Position numbers and translations under genes: made by a program. From Octopus sinensis (lineage: Eukaryota): DNA of 64,000 nt. How positions within the stretch are numbered: the stretch's first letter is position 1; each line of letters opens with the position of its first letter. Location: positions 66,712,001-66,776,000 of the forward strand of contig NC_043005.1 in NCBI RefSeq assembly GCF_006345805.1. The letters are read 5' to 3'. The notes below the pieces were generated by a model. The model did not search any database, was not told where the DNA came from, and was given only the letters and a program-made list of their open reading frames with translations. Shown here piece by piece: positions 1 through 14,172 of this stretch.

Positions 1-1932
1 CTCTTCTCTGTGTAGAGATGCGGTGTTTAATAACTTACCAGGCGTATTATTTTGCACATCTCACAGTTGGTAAGCGAACATACTTTGGAACTGCATATTT
101 AGTATTTTATTAATCTTTCAGTGGGTCTGCATTCAGCTAATTATTTTCTTCGAACAGTGACACTATCTTGTAACTTTTCGTAACGGATTCTGTTATAAGT
201 TTGTAGAGAGTTGGGGGGTCGTTTTAATATTTCATATCATTCTGTTGTCTCTTTTTTCCATTTCTTTTCATGAAAGTGTCTGAATTTGTTTTAGAACTCA
301 GAAATAATTTTCATTTACTGGGTCTCTTCACTATTTAAATTTATTTATTTATTTAATTTATTCTATATTTTCCTTACTCCCCTCATAAACATTCCTCTGT
401 CTCTGGGAATATTATTTTCGTGTGTGTAGTTCATTTTTCTTCAGGAAAAAAGCAAACATATTTTGATTTATTTACCTAAGTTCTTTTATTTTCACGTCAT
501 TGTCTTGTATATAGAGACGTTCGGTATAGATTTGTTTCAGAGGGTCTTTTGAACCGATTTCAAGTCAGCTTGGTGATGCGGAGACTATTTAGGGTTCAGA
601 CAATTCAGACAAAATATCGCTATGCATCATATATCGTAATTTTTATTATGGTCTGAAAAAATCGTTGGTATTAAATCAGAGGTCTAAGACGTACATGCTC
701 CTCGTCGAGAATACTATTATTGGTTCCATGAATATCTATTTAATTCCTTTAACAAATGTATTTATACAAGCATGCGTGCAGTATGTATTTATTTATCTCT
801 GTCTGTTGACTCTCTCTTTGTGTGTGTGTGTGTGTATACAAACGTATATTTATCTCTCTATCTATCACTACATATTACAATGAATAAAAGAATAAAAGTC
901 AATAATTTTCATTTGTGTTCTTATTAATCAACAGATTATGAGGTACATATAGATGTAATAATATGTAGTTAGGATAGGCGTTAGAAAGTAAGAACAAAAC
1001 ATTATATCACCAGCATTTAATATAACCATATAACCAACTACAATTCACATGTCAAATAAGATTATGCTATGTCTGGGCTCGCTAATGCTAATATAGAGGT
1101 GATTAGTTTTCGTATCAATAAATATAATTTGATACAGTGGAAAACGTTGAACAGTATCTGTAATTACACAAAATACATAATAGCAATATTACAGAAAATA
1201 TATGTTATTTGGGATTAACAATTATGCAAATACAATATTTTTATTGTCATATAAAACCTATTTATCGTATTATTCTAATATATACATAAATATTCATCCT
1301 TTATTATTAACACATTCTCAGTTGAGATAATTACTGTTTTTACAATCCATGGCTAGTTTTATGTAGCTACGAGTCTGTATTAAATATTAATCGCCTATTT
1401 AGGAACTAACGTTAATATCTATCTTCTGCGAACAATATTTGCTTGTAATGCAGTTAACAAGCATTGATGTAATTGAATTCATGGTATAAGTAATCATACA
1501 ACGAGTCATTCTTTTTTATAGCTATGGCACCATAAGCAAATAGCTCAATGTTTTCTTCTACAACAAAATTGGTTTTCAATGCGAAAAGTAACTTACATGA
1601 AAATAATTGGAAAGGAGAATATGTAGTTCGCATAATCAAATAATGAACAACAAAATCGGTGTCGATAGTTGAGTTATTGAAATGAAATATTCTAACTACA
1701 GTGTGTTGGTATTGTATGACGCTAAAGGGTGATACAGAGGTTATTATTTTAGAAAATAAGCAACTACTTTAGGGAATATATTTCACTGGCTGAATATTAT
1801 ATATATTTTCTTATGTATGTTCATTTAGGTAAAACACATAAATCATTCACCTTATAATATACCAGAACTGCACATGAATGTGATAACATGAAAAACGATA
1901 ATATGCATAGAATATGATATACAATTACGTAC

Positions 1933-2110
1933 AGAGGTTTAAGAGAAGCACAACTCTCCTCCGTTTGCAGCTGGTAGCCTGTTTCTTCGTGGGGGGAAAC
2001 GTTATCACCATACGAAATGTTATATTCAATGTAAAGTGAACCGTTCAATATTCCATGCCTTTTCCTTCGTGATTTCTTGACTCTGTTATCCGCTTTTATC
2101 TCTTTATATT
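1933..2110 (-). CDS. Candidate internal exon, phase 1-2 (YKEIKADNRVKKSRRKRHGIL...SCASLKP)
   Basis: Acceptor cgctttcaattgttcag and donor T|GTACGT. Only one frame is open, and it contains a furin-type RRKR. Confidence 0.25.
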
Positions 2111-2528
2111 CTGAACAATTGAAAGCGAGTGATGTGAAACTTCGAGGAAAAAAAAAACAGAATGAATCCTCAGCTTCCAACACATGCATAAACTATTACA
2201 TGAATATTGTTTCTACGTTTATTTATCCAATCTGTGTGTATGTGTCGTGGAGGGTGTTACAAAAAGATTGTATTTCATTCAATTTTCCAAAATATGTATT
2301 AACATGAAGAGCTGTTTTTTAATGCGCTTTATCTTTTCCATTCAATTGAGCATACGTTTCGTAACAAATTTTAACAAGCTTCCACCAGCTAATATCTAAG
2401 ACATGAAAACAAACACCTGCTTGGTGTGTTGTAACGTCATTCTCATGTACTGCTGTAGATGCATAAATAAATACAAACACAAATTTTAATACATACACAC
2501 ACACATTTAAAACAAGACAACGTTCGTT

Positions 2529-2812
2529 TATGAATAACCATGGGATTGCACGTAGGAAGTTCCCCTCCAAGGCATAAGTCCGGGCAAGGGTTAATGAAGA
2601 CCAGCAGTTGCCCATACACATGGACCTCGTCTCTCATCGCTACCGATTTTGTAAATAGTTGAAGCAGAGAAGACAAAAGAGAGGAGGCTGTTGGTGGCGG
2701 GGAGAGAGGAGGTTGATATGCATGGGCGAGTGCTGGTCTGCCGTAAACAACTTGGCCCGGACTTATGCTTCGGAGATGAACTCTGTAAGAGCAATCCCAT
2801 GGTCATTCATGA
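2529..2812. repeat. Imperfect inverted repeat (two ~120 bp diverged copies of one repeat, ~44 bp spacer)
   Basis: atgaataaccatgggattgc..gcataagtccgggc..gaccagcagttgcccat (2529-2646) pairs with atgggcgagtgctggtc..gcccggacttatgc..gcaatcccatggtcattcat (2691-2812). Confidence 0.75.
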
Positions 2813-5800
2813 CTGAAGTGAGTCTTTACTCGCTTTATAATTATTACAATATATTGGATCAGTAAATTGTAATAAAAAAGGGTGTAAGTAGAAGTGGTAA
2901 TATTTAAGTTATTTAGAAAGATCATACGAAATCATTAATAACCTTAAATGAAATTTAAAGGTCTTCTAAGACTATAAGTATTGAGCGAGATCATAGAAGA
3001 ATGATAGTAACAGTGAGAAAAAAGAATAATCGATTGAAATTTGCATGTAATTTTATATAATGTAATTTAACTTTGCTAAATGGACTCTTTAAAAAAAGTA
3101 TAATGCAATTAGTGTGATAAATGCAGTAATAACTCATTGTTTCTATTAATTAATCTAAACATACATCTTTGAATTTCAAGTTTCTCCATACAATAAAAAT
3201 TGTAATTACCACGCCCCCTTCATGCAGAAGAGTGATACGAATACTTAAACACGAAGTAGATTAATTTATTTTTCTGTTTTTTAGGTCCAAAATAAATTTT
3301 CTAAATGATTTATTTTATAAATTGCTTTTATTTCCCCACTAAAATATGATTGTTGATATTGTAGCGCCAACATATTAGCATAGGGAATTTGGACGGAACG
3401 TTTATATCCTAAATATCCTTCGGAGACATTTGTTCCTCAAAGGACAGTTGTATTGACCCGTCTTTACAGTTACTATCAGGTTTATTAGCGAAGAAACAAT
3501 TATTAGTTGTATCCTCACTAAATATGCTAGGAAGAGGTACAAAATATAAGTACGTGTGGTAATATTAATAGATCTAGGGTCAGAAAATGTTTGCCTGATT
3601 CTTTTCATGGTTTTTCATTTTTATATAATTGTTGTAACTAATTCTGATGATATGGATCATTTCGTTATTATTGTTTCGTTTCTTTAAGGTTGTTGAGCTG
3701 TAACAGTAGTTACCGCTCTGGGCAAAAGGCTTCAGAGCATTCCTGTGGCGTGGTCGACATTGCTTTAATTTTTTATCCATTCGGAAGCAATGTAAATAAT
3801 ACTTAATGAATAATTACTTCCACAAAATTTTAAACCTTGTGACAATAGTAGAGAGGATAATTATCTCGTTCCTAAATGTTTTCACGATTGTCACTTTTGT
3901 CCATTAAATTGCTATTTACTTATTCAGTATATTCTAACAATTTTACCATTTTATTATATGTATTAGTAAATTAATGCACTATATTTTGCTTATGATTTGA
4001 CTTGGTAGTCTATTCGCTTTCACGGGATGTTAATCAGCCCACATAACTGTATATCTTTTCTATTATTCATATTCCTCACTTCTGTTATATTTGTCATGTA
4101 TTATTTAAATGATTGCCATTAAGTCATAAATGCGATATCAATATTTTATTTTTCTATTTCGTATGTTTTGCACTCTGTGATTAATGAAAATTTCTGAACT
4201 TTTTATTTGTACTGGATAATTTAGATTTATAGTATTTTGTTCTTTTCTGTTCATCCGGTTAACCTTGAATTCACATAACTGCTAACTGAGGTAATAGATC
4301 GCAGTTCACAAATTCTACTTTACTTATTGATTACCACATACATACATACATACATACATACATACATACAAATATACGTACATACAAACATACATACATG
4401 CATATATAATACATACATGCATACAAACATAATACATACATATATGCACACACACATACATATATGCATGCATGCATACATACATTGATATATATCTAAT
4501 ACTTTTTCGATTTTTGTATTCTTTTTGTTTCTTTTTATATCTGATATTTGTTATGGATCTTCTATAAGAATGAAGATGTATGCCTTAAATTGCCACATCT
4601 ATATACGAAACCCACGAAGAAATCTTGCGAAAGAGTGTGTATCTTCACGAGATAACTGTTAAAATCACCAGAGGAAACACATCTACATCGAGGGATACAC
4701 AAGAATCCCACCCGCGAAGGATCGTGTCTGGGTGCGTTGAAACAATTGTAGTGATCAATAAAGAGTCTCGTATCTTCCATATTCCGTATCTCGTTGATTA
4801 AATACGTGCACACACGCACACACACACACACATACGTATGTAAGTTTTTATGTATCTACCTATATACATATATATCCATACACACACACATACACACACA
4901 TATATTATATGTACGTACGTACATAGATACATACACATATAATTTGATTTTAGTTATAACCAGTTCTATCGTCGAATGAATCGGGTAATTTCTAGAATCC
5001 TTTGATAAATATATTCCTTAAATCTTTCCCTCTGAAGACGGTATAGCTGACTTTACATGGAAATCTTTGTTGGCTGAGATGTGCACCATATATATGCACA
5101 CCTACTCTAGAAACAGCTGTATGAGACTTTATGCACATCCTCTTACAACGTTATTTATATATTCGATGCACTCTTCTCCAACAACTCCGCTGTAACAACT
5201 CTGCGATTATATTTGGACTATATTTTTCATGTTCTAAAGTGATAAATGTTTCGCATATATATATGTGTGCATTTGTAAGCAAAGGAGGATTATTACGCAC
5301 GTTATTCATTTTATGTTTTAAGTAGATCTAATGAAGAACAAAATTTACTTCTACATTTTTTATCACCTTACACATTCCAGTCTTTAGATTAATAAATTTA
5401 TTGTTTCCCATTCATTTAATAGTATTTTATAGTGTGGAATAGTGATTCCACACTTTTGTCATCTACTTTGATGACAGCAATATATTGAATTATGCAATTT
5501 GTGCTTTTGAGTTAAGTCAAATGAAAAAAGCAATTATTAATTAGTTGAAGATATAAGCAGTTACTTACCACTTACCTAGTGTTTTACTAATCGTGATTTG
5601 TTGATTTGAAATGCAAAAACACTTTTTCAAAAATAAAAAAAAATCGCTAGGGATGATTTAAAATCATGTATAGCGCGACAGTAAACGTGAATTAAAGCAG
5701 ATTTTATAATTTTTTTGGCAACAATTTAAGACATGAGCATCTGTTCTCTATTCAGATTTATTTCATTTAAAAGAAAAGTGGTTTAATGTAATATAAAATC

Positions 5801-6589
5801 TATTAAATGCATGTAACGGCAGCTGGTTGCATTCAACAGTTCATGCTTGAAAGATCAAAGCACTATTAAACTAACATTCTTTATAGATAACCAAAGAAAA
5901 GTCAGGAATTTCGAACATCATTTGCATTTAAGAAGCAGCTGCAGAGTTAATTGGCTTGACAGAAGTCTGAAAAGTAAACCAAATTCCTATAAACGAGTAA
6001 TTTTAATTAACATGGCAAGTGGAGGTCACGTAATTTCTTTCATAGCCTCTAAAGAGACTCAATATTATTATCTGTTAACTTTGCTCGACATTTTACTTTG
6101 AAATAAAGTCGACGAGTATTCCATGGAATCAGAATACGATAATTCTATCATTTTCAGCGTCGTAACACTGCTCTTTTGTTGTCTTTTCTATTAATGGTTG
6201 GAGTCGAATAGTCTGGTGACCTAAAGACGATTCATTTTATAAACATTTGCTAATCACTTTTATATGCCATATGTATATATATATATATATATAGGTACAT
6301 GTTTTCCTTTGTGTTTTCAGTACATATTCGAGTCTTATAATTATATATCTTCAGCGATTCTACTGAAGATCCACGGATGGTTGATTCATCAAGTAATTAA
6401 TTATACCGAACTAGCAAAAATATATATAGAAGAAAATATATAGAATATATATATTCTATAGATTTTCATTCATCCTACTGTTGTTCTAATCCTACACTTT
6501 ATATACTTGTCTATACCACCACAAGCATACAGATGTTCCAATGTATGCATATTGCGCTGGTGGTACCAGTGGCGTTGTTGTTCTACTAC

Positions 6590-6982
6590 CTACTGTGTAT
6601 ATTGCCAATTCAATATTGGTAATGTCTCATTTATGAAAACAGATTTGCCTGTCTGTCGAAGCGACTCCTCTCGCCAGTGCTTAAACATACTATCGATGGA
6701 AATTTGGTTCAGGATGTTGGCATGTTGGCCTTTGGCTTAATAATTGAATATAGACGACTCTTTCCTGCCATTGTACTCGCACCAGTGTTCGTTCAGTATT
6801 TCCTCTACATGTCTTGTAGCCTCCTCAATGTATATTATATACCTGTTCGTACTTACCCCCTCGATGCATTTTATGCGGTTGACCACATACTTGAAGGTTC
6901 TAACTATGCAGTTCATATCAGTACATATTTTATTGTGGAAGGGGCATGCTTTACATAACTGTGGTCTGGCGGAGTTCTTCGG
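6590..6982 (-). pseudogene. Degraded Penelope-like GIY-YIG endonuclease (second, divergent family; not in ORF track)
   Basis: My translation is LCKACPFHNKICTDMNCIVRTFKYVVNRIKCIEGVSTNRYIIYIEEATRHVEEILNEHW...SSIFNY*AKGQHANIL...KSVFINETLPILN, with one in-frame TAA at 6737-6739. It fits the VVYxIxC...YIGET...EH...ExxI...PxLN pattern. Confidence 0.7.
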
Positions 6983-9900
6983 TTATATTTGTGTGTCTTT
7001 GTGTTTATGTTTGTAATGTATATGTGTGTGTGTGAGTGTGTGTGTGCATGCGTGTGTTTATACACGTGTGTATGCACTTGAGTGTGTATTATATCCATAC
7101 GCATATATGCAATGTGTATATACTTAAGTTATCTGTTTGTCTATCAGAACACCTGCCTCCTCAGCTATGTATCTTGCTCTATTTGTAATAAATTGATTAT
7201 TTTCAGCTATAATGAAACGTTTCGGCATTGCTTACTCTTTCTACTAATAATAGTAAATTATCATTCTTCCGTTCACTAATGTTCGAGGATTAATCATTAA
7301 ACCGCCAAGGATTTCGTAAAGAAAATTGTTTTGCATATTCCATTTGGTAGAGCAGGAACATAATTACAGAACATTTTTACCCAAATTGAAGATGTCATTT
7401 TCTCCATCTGTTTTAAAGTTAAAAATATGATTGTATAGTTGGTTTATGACAAAAGAAAAAGGGATTTTATCCAGTAACAATATGCAGTCGCAAGTTAATG
7501 AATAAACCAAATTACAGTAGAAATTAAAAAAAAAAAAATTGAATATAATAGCATTATGTTAAGACGTAAACGAAACAATGATAAAAATCATCGTTCCATA
7601 TTCAGCTAGGATATTATATCCATGCTTAAATTGGAAATTATCCAGCAAGGCAACAAGACAAAAATGACAATGACATCAGTGAGGTACATGACACATAGAG
7701 AATTTTACTTGAGAATCGTGGATATTAAGTGCGAGAATGCGTTGAGTTGTATGGAAGGCGAGACTCTACTGCTGCCTTTCGAAACGTTTAGTATTCTAAT
7801 GAAAAATACTTTTAAAGTTGGAGTTATATCGCAAATATTTTGGGGGAGTGAGAGTCGATTATATCAGTCCTAGAATGTAGTTGGTAATAATGTTATCGAT
7901 TCGAGAAGAGAAAATGAAAAATTGGTACCGGCGATGTTTGACCTCAGAATATTAAATTGAGAAAGTAAGTACAGCACATTATACGCTACACTCCACGATT
8001 CGAATAATTCAAATTTCGTAACATTAAAACAATGAATTATTTTAGGTAAATATTTTTAAATCACATAAATTCTCATTTCATGTTCAGTAAAGATTGGATC
8101 GAGTCAAAAGTTTTGCAATATTTTGATAACCTATTTGTTTTATTCATCAAGTTAAAGAAAAGCAACCTAGCATTCACATTAAAGGCCATCGTATTGTACC
8201 GCCTGAAGCTAGCTTTCTGCCAATTCTCTGATATAACGCTGAAATCAGTTCACCTTCTCTTGGTCGATGAAGCGTCACGAGCGCAGGAAATGAGCCATAA
8301 ATCGTAACAAGTAATAAACCAAGGGATATGTTGTTCCACAATCCTAACGTACATAGGCAGTAGTTAAACAGAGGCCAGTTTCCAAAGCTTGTTGCCACAC
8401 GCGGGATTTCCGAACAAAAAAAATCTTTATTAAATGCTAGACTCCAGTATAATTATTTATGTGACGCTTCCTTTGGAAAGTTACAACTTTCATGTCCCAT
8501 GTTAGAAGTCTAAATGACTATATGATAAATAATTAATGATAATTTTGCAACTCGCATAGCAATAAGAGTATTTGGGTCTTGTTTTGACAAATATGTCTTC
8601 TGTATTTTAAATGCATCCGAAAGATAAGCTTGTGGTGCAAATTCAAGTGTATTCAACGTGGAGAGAAAATTGAGAAATTTCCATCGCTAATGTACTGAAG
8701 CAGATAAGGGAGATAATAAAGTTTTACATACCGTTTAATCGACAAGAAAGATATGGCACTAATTTTAGCATGAAGCATACGAGTGGATACGTAATGAGTA
8801 TTCAACCGCAAATCAATGCTGATATCAACTATACTCTGATTCCAGATTCGATTAGAGATAATGCGTTAGGAGTTCTAGGTTTATGAACATTCAGAATTTC
8901 AAACACTAGATATATAAACATAGACTAAAGTTTGTATTTTTATATTAGAACAACCTTAAATATCATAGAGAACTTAGAAGAACTCACACTAGTGAGGAAT
9001 GTCTGTAGGTCACTCAAAAGATGATAGAGATGAGAACATCATGCTTCTTTCTGGAACACCGACACTATGCTACCATGAGTCATGAACTGTTCTCGATCCG
9101 AATTGTTAAATTTTGAAATGTTCTGCAGTCGACAGCTAAAGGTTTCTTTACAGACGAATAATTCTTTGATGTATCTCTGAAAGAAAACAGGGTAGTTGTT
9201 TGGGTATAGGGAACTCCTGAAATGATATAACAGAAAATGGGACCTGCTGCTTAGGAAGTGTCTCCTCTGACATATTTCTAATTCTTTTTCTTGATACTTC
9301 GAATTCTCGATAAAGATGTTCAAAGCCCATTTTTTTGTGACATTTCTCTCAATTTGCAGAATGGTGCCCTGCACAACTATTAGCTTCTAATCACCGATAA
9401 TTATCGAATCAACACTTTGTTTTGTGGTATCAAAAGTCTTATGTTTAGCTTCTTTTGAAATGAATACCACGTTGGAGACTCCTTTAATAGTGTTGGGAAA
9501 ATGAATGCATTTATAAAATTAATATGAGCATTCGAGATCTGATCAACAAAATTCTGGACTGTTGCCTTAGTAACGACGCTAAAGCATGCAGAGAAAAGCG
9601 GCTTGGCACAGATTGGCCTTGAACTCTGCTGTAAACAGAAGAAGGGATTTAGAGCGTTAAAACTTAGTGCACATGCGCAGCAGAGCTCGAGGTCAATCTG
9701 TGTCAAGTAGCTTTACTGTCCATGCTTTAGCTTCGTAGCAATAGTCTGGATACTAATTGATCCGACCACGTATACTATCTCGAGAGAATTAATGATATAA
9801 TTGCCTCGAGGGGAAAACCTGAACCTGCTCAGACGGCGTTTCCACCTCTTTACATCATATGAGTAATCTTATCTAGTATAGCAAAATTCCATCACGCACT

Positions 9901-10896
9901 AAAATTCTGTTCATAAAGCTTTATTAGGCCTTGAACATTACGTTTTTTTCTGACACTTCAAAGACCATGTTTCACTATAGAATACAGTAACGGATACGTA
10001 TTTCAGCCTTTCTGGCTCATATATATAATATTCTCTTTTTACATTCTCCGAAGCCTCTTGACTTTTCCTTTGTCATGATATTTCGTTCGTTTACCTTCGT
10101 CTCCCCACACACTATTTTTCCTTATTTCGTCAGATGCTTTTACGTCTCATTTTGCTATTTTCGCAAAATTCAGGTAACCACTTTTCGAATTGGAATATTA
10201 TTTGTCTATAACAATAACTTACTCTGAGCAACAATTGTGATACATTCAAGAAGTAATTGCATATATATGTGTAATGACATCTGTTGCTCCCAGCATCTTC
10301 CAAGAAAACTAAAATTTATTTGCAAATAAATTCATGTTTCAAATTTACCATGAAGTGCAGATAGTTTCTCTTAACTTCAATTTCCATTCAGACTTTACCA
10401 GAGGCATATATTTGAAATATTTCAAAGAAATGCTTTGACATTTCGAATGGTAAGTAAATTTATACTATACTAAACAAATTAAGCTACAAATTCAGTATGT
10501 TATAATTTCATAGTTAGACATATATACATGCATACATACATATATATCAATATAGATATATATTCAGGTATACACACATATATTTATGCATAAACGCTTT
10601 TTAATCTATATGATGTGTATAATAAAGTGTTTATATACAAGCATATATACATAAGCATACTTACACATACACATACCTATATATGTGCCCATTATATTGA
10701 TATACTTGGAGAATAAAAAAGACCCAAAAGAGAATAGTAATGTATATATATATATGTGTATGTGTGATTGTGTGTGTGTGTGTGTATTAGAAGGTTGACT
10801 CCTGTGCGTTATATACACAAGGATATTATTGCCCTTATAAACACACACAATATATATGTATGCATATATATATATATAATATATATATATATATAT

Positions 10897-10954
<58 letters not shown>

Positions 10955-11085
10955 TAAATATATATATATATATATTTGTGTGTTTATAGAGGTTATGAGA
11001 GGCAATGGTGTCAATAAGACCCAAAAGTGTCACGTAATGCTGAGTAAGTGCTATATGTATGCATATATATATATATATATTATAT

Positions 11086-11130
<45 letters not shown>

Positions 11131-11140
11131 ATATATATAT

Positions 11141-11350
11141 AGGGAGAGTTTACTAAGAAAACAAAGGACGAAGACAGGTGGTGTACAAAGCAAACAGATG
11201 TATTAGTATAACGCTCAGGAATAGAAACAGTCTTTTACGTTTCGAGCCTACGCTCTTCTACAGAAAGAAACAAGGAGAGAAAATAAGAAGGAGAGAAAAA
11301 AAGGAGAGAGAAAAAGGAGAGAAAAGATGTGTGTAGTGGCTAACGATCTA
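11141..11350 (-). mobile_element. PLE-type terminal fragment with hammerhead-core-like motif
   Basis: The minus strand reads CTGTAGA-a-gagc gtag gctc-GAAAC (11239-11263) and shares the acgctcagg motif with the 14.9, 21.4 and 32.2 kb copies. It abuts (TA)n. Confidence 0.55.
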
Positions 11351-11489
11351 TCATAGCGATAGTATTTCCCTTTATAAACACACACAAATTCGACACACAC
11401 ACATATATATATATATATACAGCTGGGGAGAGAGGAACACATACATATATAGGGAAATATGAGAACAGATTATCATTTTGATGTGAGCA

Positions 11490-11539
<50 letters not shown>

Positions 11540-11872
11540 CAGATCAGAATTTTGAGTTTTTGCTTTTGCCTTAAGCTTTATACTTCGTTTATCTTAGCAG
11601 ACAGAAAGTGTATAGTTATCTTTTATATTTTAGAAAGAAAATCATGTGATTTCATCTAATAACTATTCACTAAGAATCAATATTACCCAAGACATGGTGC
11701 CTAATATACTATTTATTCAAGAGGAAATTTGCAATGAATAGTTTAAATGGTCTCCACTAGGGAAATTCACACATATATAAGCATGAATTATTTATTTCAA
11801 GCTATAACCTCTCAAACTAAGTGCTAACGAAATCACATCATGCGCACATATACACAGAAAGACACAGAGGCA

Positions 11873-11927
<55 letters not shown>

Positions 11928-12769
11928 ATATATATATGTTTTTTCTCTGGAAACGGCATTGTTTGATTCGAAGTCATCTATACAGTATAAAAAAGTATCA
12001 ATTCCCACGTTAATAGAACGCATATATTAAGAAATATAACTCGATTTAATTAATTCTATTTTATTACTTACATAAATGGAGTATTTAAAAATTAATTTCG
12101 CAAATTTGTAACTTTTAATCTATATTTCCAATAATCATGGTAAATTTCCTGTAGGGAAAATATATATAAATATAAATGTGGGCGTATTTATATCTGAACT
12201 ATATAACCATTTTATTTAAAAACTCATTTTGTAGTATTTCATTTTACTATTTTCAAGTTTTGTCCAAGTATATCCTTTCTAAGACTCAGTTCTCTATTCA
12301 ACTGAATAATGTAATAGCTTCATTTTTCTAACAAAGCTATGCATGGTTTTACCTGGGCTCATAACAGTATTACCAATAAAATAAAACAACAATCAATAAA
12401 CTTTTTCCTTGTGTCCCCGATATCTACTAAAATTCTGTATCATAAGTTTTTTTAGATTTCGTTCCAACCGTACCATTAAGGTATTTGCATAAACCTAGAG
12501 CAAATACGACTGGTATAGCTGTACCCCTGATTTGTAGATAATTTCAATGCACTTCTCAAAATTAGACTGAAAGCATCGAATATCTGATAAAATCTCAACG
12601 TTAAATCTACTGGGAATCAGCACTCTGTAATTTTTGCTTTTATAAAATACGTGATTGCGTTGTTTTTTTCTTTTTGTTTTGTTTTGTTTCTAAGTCATTC
12701 GGTATATTTGTGCAAAGGCTTATTAGAACAATGTAAACAAAATACGAAAACGGTCCTAATATTCGTTTG

Positions 12770-12980
12770 ACATGCTGGTGAAATGCTTGGCGGTATTTCG
12801 TCAGCCGCTACGCTCTAAGTTAAAATGCCGCCGAGGTCGACGTTGACTTTCATCCTTTCGGGATCGACAAATTAAGTACCAGTTATGCACTGGGGTCGAT
12901 GTAATCGACTTAATCCCTTTGTCTGTCCATGTTTGTTCCCTCCATGTTTAGCCCCTTGTAGGAAATAAAGAAATAAGTAA
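12770..12980 (+). mobile_element. Octopus-type tRNA-derived SINE, 5'-truncated
   Basis: gaaatgcttggcggtatttcgtc...gaggtcgacgttgactttcatcctttcgg...cactggggtcgat...aaagaaataag continues the head seen at 19631 and 37653. Confidence 0.75.
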
Positions 12981-13187
12981 TTAAATTTCAGCATTTTGAA
13001 GGGGAGTGTTTCTTCTCTATCTGGGTGGCAAGTATTTTTATGTAACAAATCGCCAATAGGAGTTTCGAATTTTTGTATTTAATCCGAATCCACTTAATTA
13101 TCACATTTCTAGAAAGAATGCAACAAATCAAGAGCGAACGTTAAAAAGTGTTTTCAGAGAATGCAAAGGATGTTTTCTCTTTCACAG

Positions 13188-13241
13188 AAAATGAAGCCTT
13201 CTTGAAGCTACATTGGAAAAGATACCAATGTCGATTTGATG
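13188..13241 (+). CDS. Candidate internal exon, phase 1-1 (ENEAFLKLHWKRYQCRFD), product unknown
   Basis: Acceptor gttttctctttcacag and donor G|GTGAGA. Only one frame is open. Confidence 0.3.
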
Positions 13242-14026
13242 GTGAGAAAAAGAAAAACAAAGACAAATATTGATAACAGCACAAAAAAACAATATAACCA
13301 AAGAATAAAAGACACCATTGAGAATATTAAAAAATAGCAGAAACAATCAGTCTTTGACCTGAATGTACTATCGAGGCCTACTATATGTTCAAGATAAACT
13401 GTATAGGCTAGTGAATGTGTAAATCCTATCCAAAGGGATTTGAGCCCAGAGCAGTGAAACCATTTTGTACACACACGTCCCATGTTTGTGCATTGGGGTC
13501 GTGTGTTATTGCGTTGAACTGCTTCTGTCGCATGTGGGACGAATTCGATCATTAACTGGACAAGAAATCTAGCTTTCGTCTCCTTTATGGTTACAGTGAG
13601 AGAGGATTTTGGCGGAGGAGTTTCGTAGCTCTGTGGCCAGACAAATTACTCTTTGGTAGTGTAATCGTGGAACTCTTCCGGTTTCACTAGGAAAACAAAC
13701 TGATAGTGGAGAGGACCCCTGACTGTATTCCCAGGACGTTGAGAGTTGTGAATCAACTAGAATGGGTGGGACGGTCCTAACACATGCTTGAAGATCAATG
13801 GACATCAGTTGGATAAAAAGCACATGTCCTATTGTGGGGGGTATAATCTTAAAACAGCGGTGTTATTCTTCGTAATGCTCTAGGCGGGATTTCCGTTTCA
13901 GATGGAGTAACGCATCATCGCCCTTCACTATCTCTTTACCAGGTACACCTATATTTTCTTTATTCGTTTCCTCAGTAAATAGAGGCTTTACGTCTAAGCT
14001 TGCAATTATATCCCACGCCCAAATAA

Positions 14027-14034
<8 letters not shown>

Positions 14035-14080
<46 letters not shown>

Positions 14081-14172
14081 GTAGTAGTAGTAGTAGTAGT
14101 AGTAGTATACATTTTTATTGGTGCTATTGCTACTCCTGCTGCTGCTGTTATTGTTGTTGTTGTTGATGATGA
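14035..14172. repeat. Compound trinucleotide microsatellite (TAT)n-(TAG)n-(GCT/GTT/GAT)n
   Basis: Read directly from the sequence. Confidence 0.9.

Noticed and set aside
9039-9706. Protein-like minus ORFs (111, 60 and 101 aa) and an acceptor near 9630
   Set aside because: The frames do not join and there is no recognisable domain.
10392-10449. Well-formed acceptor/donor pair (58 nt)
   Set aside because: The only open frame (phase 2-0) is incompatible with the next candidate exon. It may be UTR or a pseudo-exon, so it is not called.
13188-13241. Resemblance of FLKLHWKRYQCRFD to the nicotinic receptor motif WLKxxWxDYxLxWD (chemotactile receptor idea)
   Set aside because: Too short. The conserved D is missing, the exon phase does not fit the nAChR structure I recall, and no Cys-loop or other exons were found.
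13208-13552. Hydrophobic 114-aa minus ORF resembling a membrane protein
   Set aside because: The hydrophobicity comes from an A-rich plus strand (T-rich codons), and it overlaps a plus-strand candidate exon.
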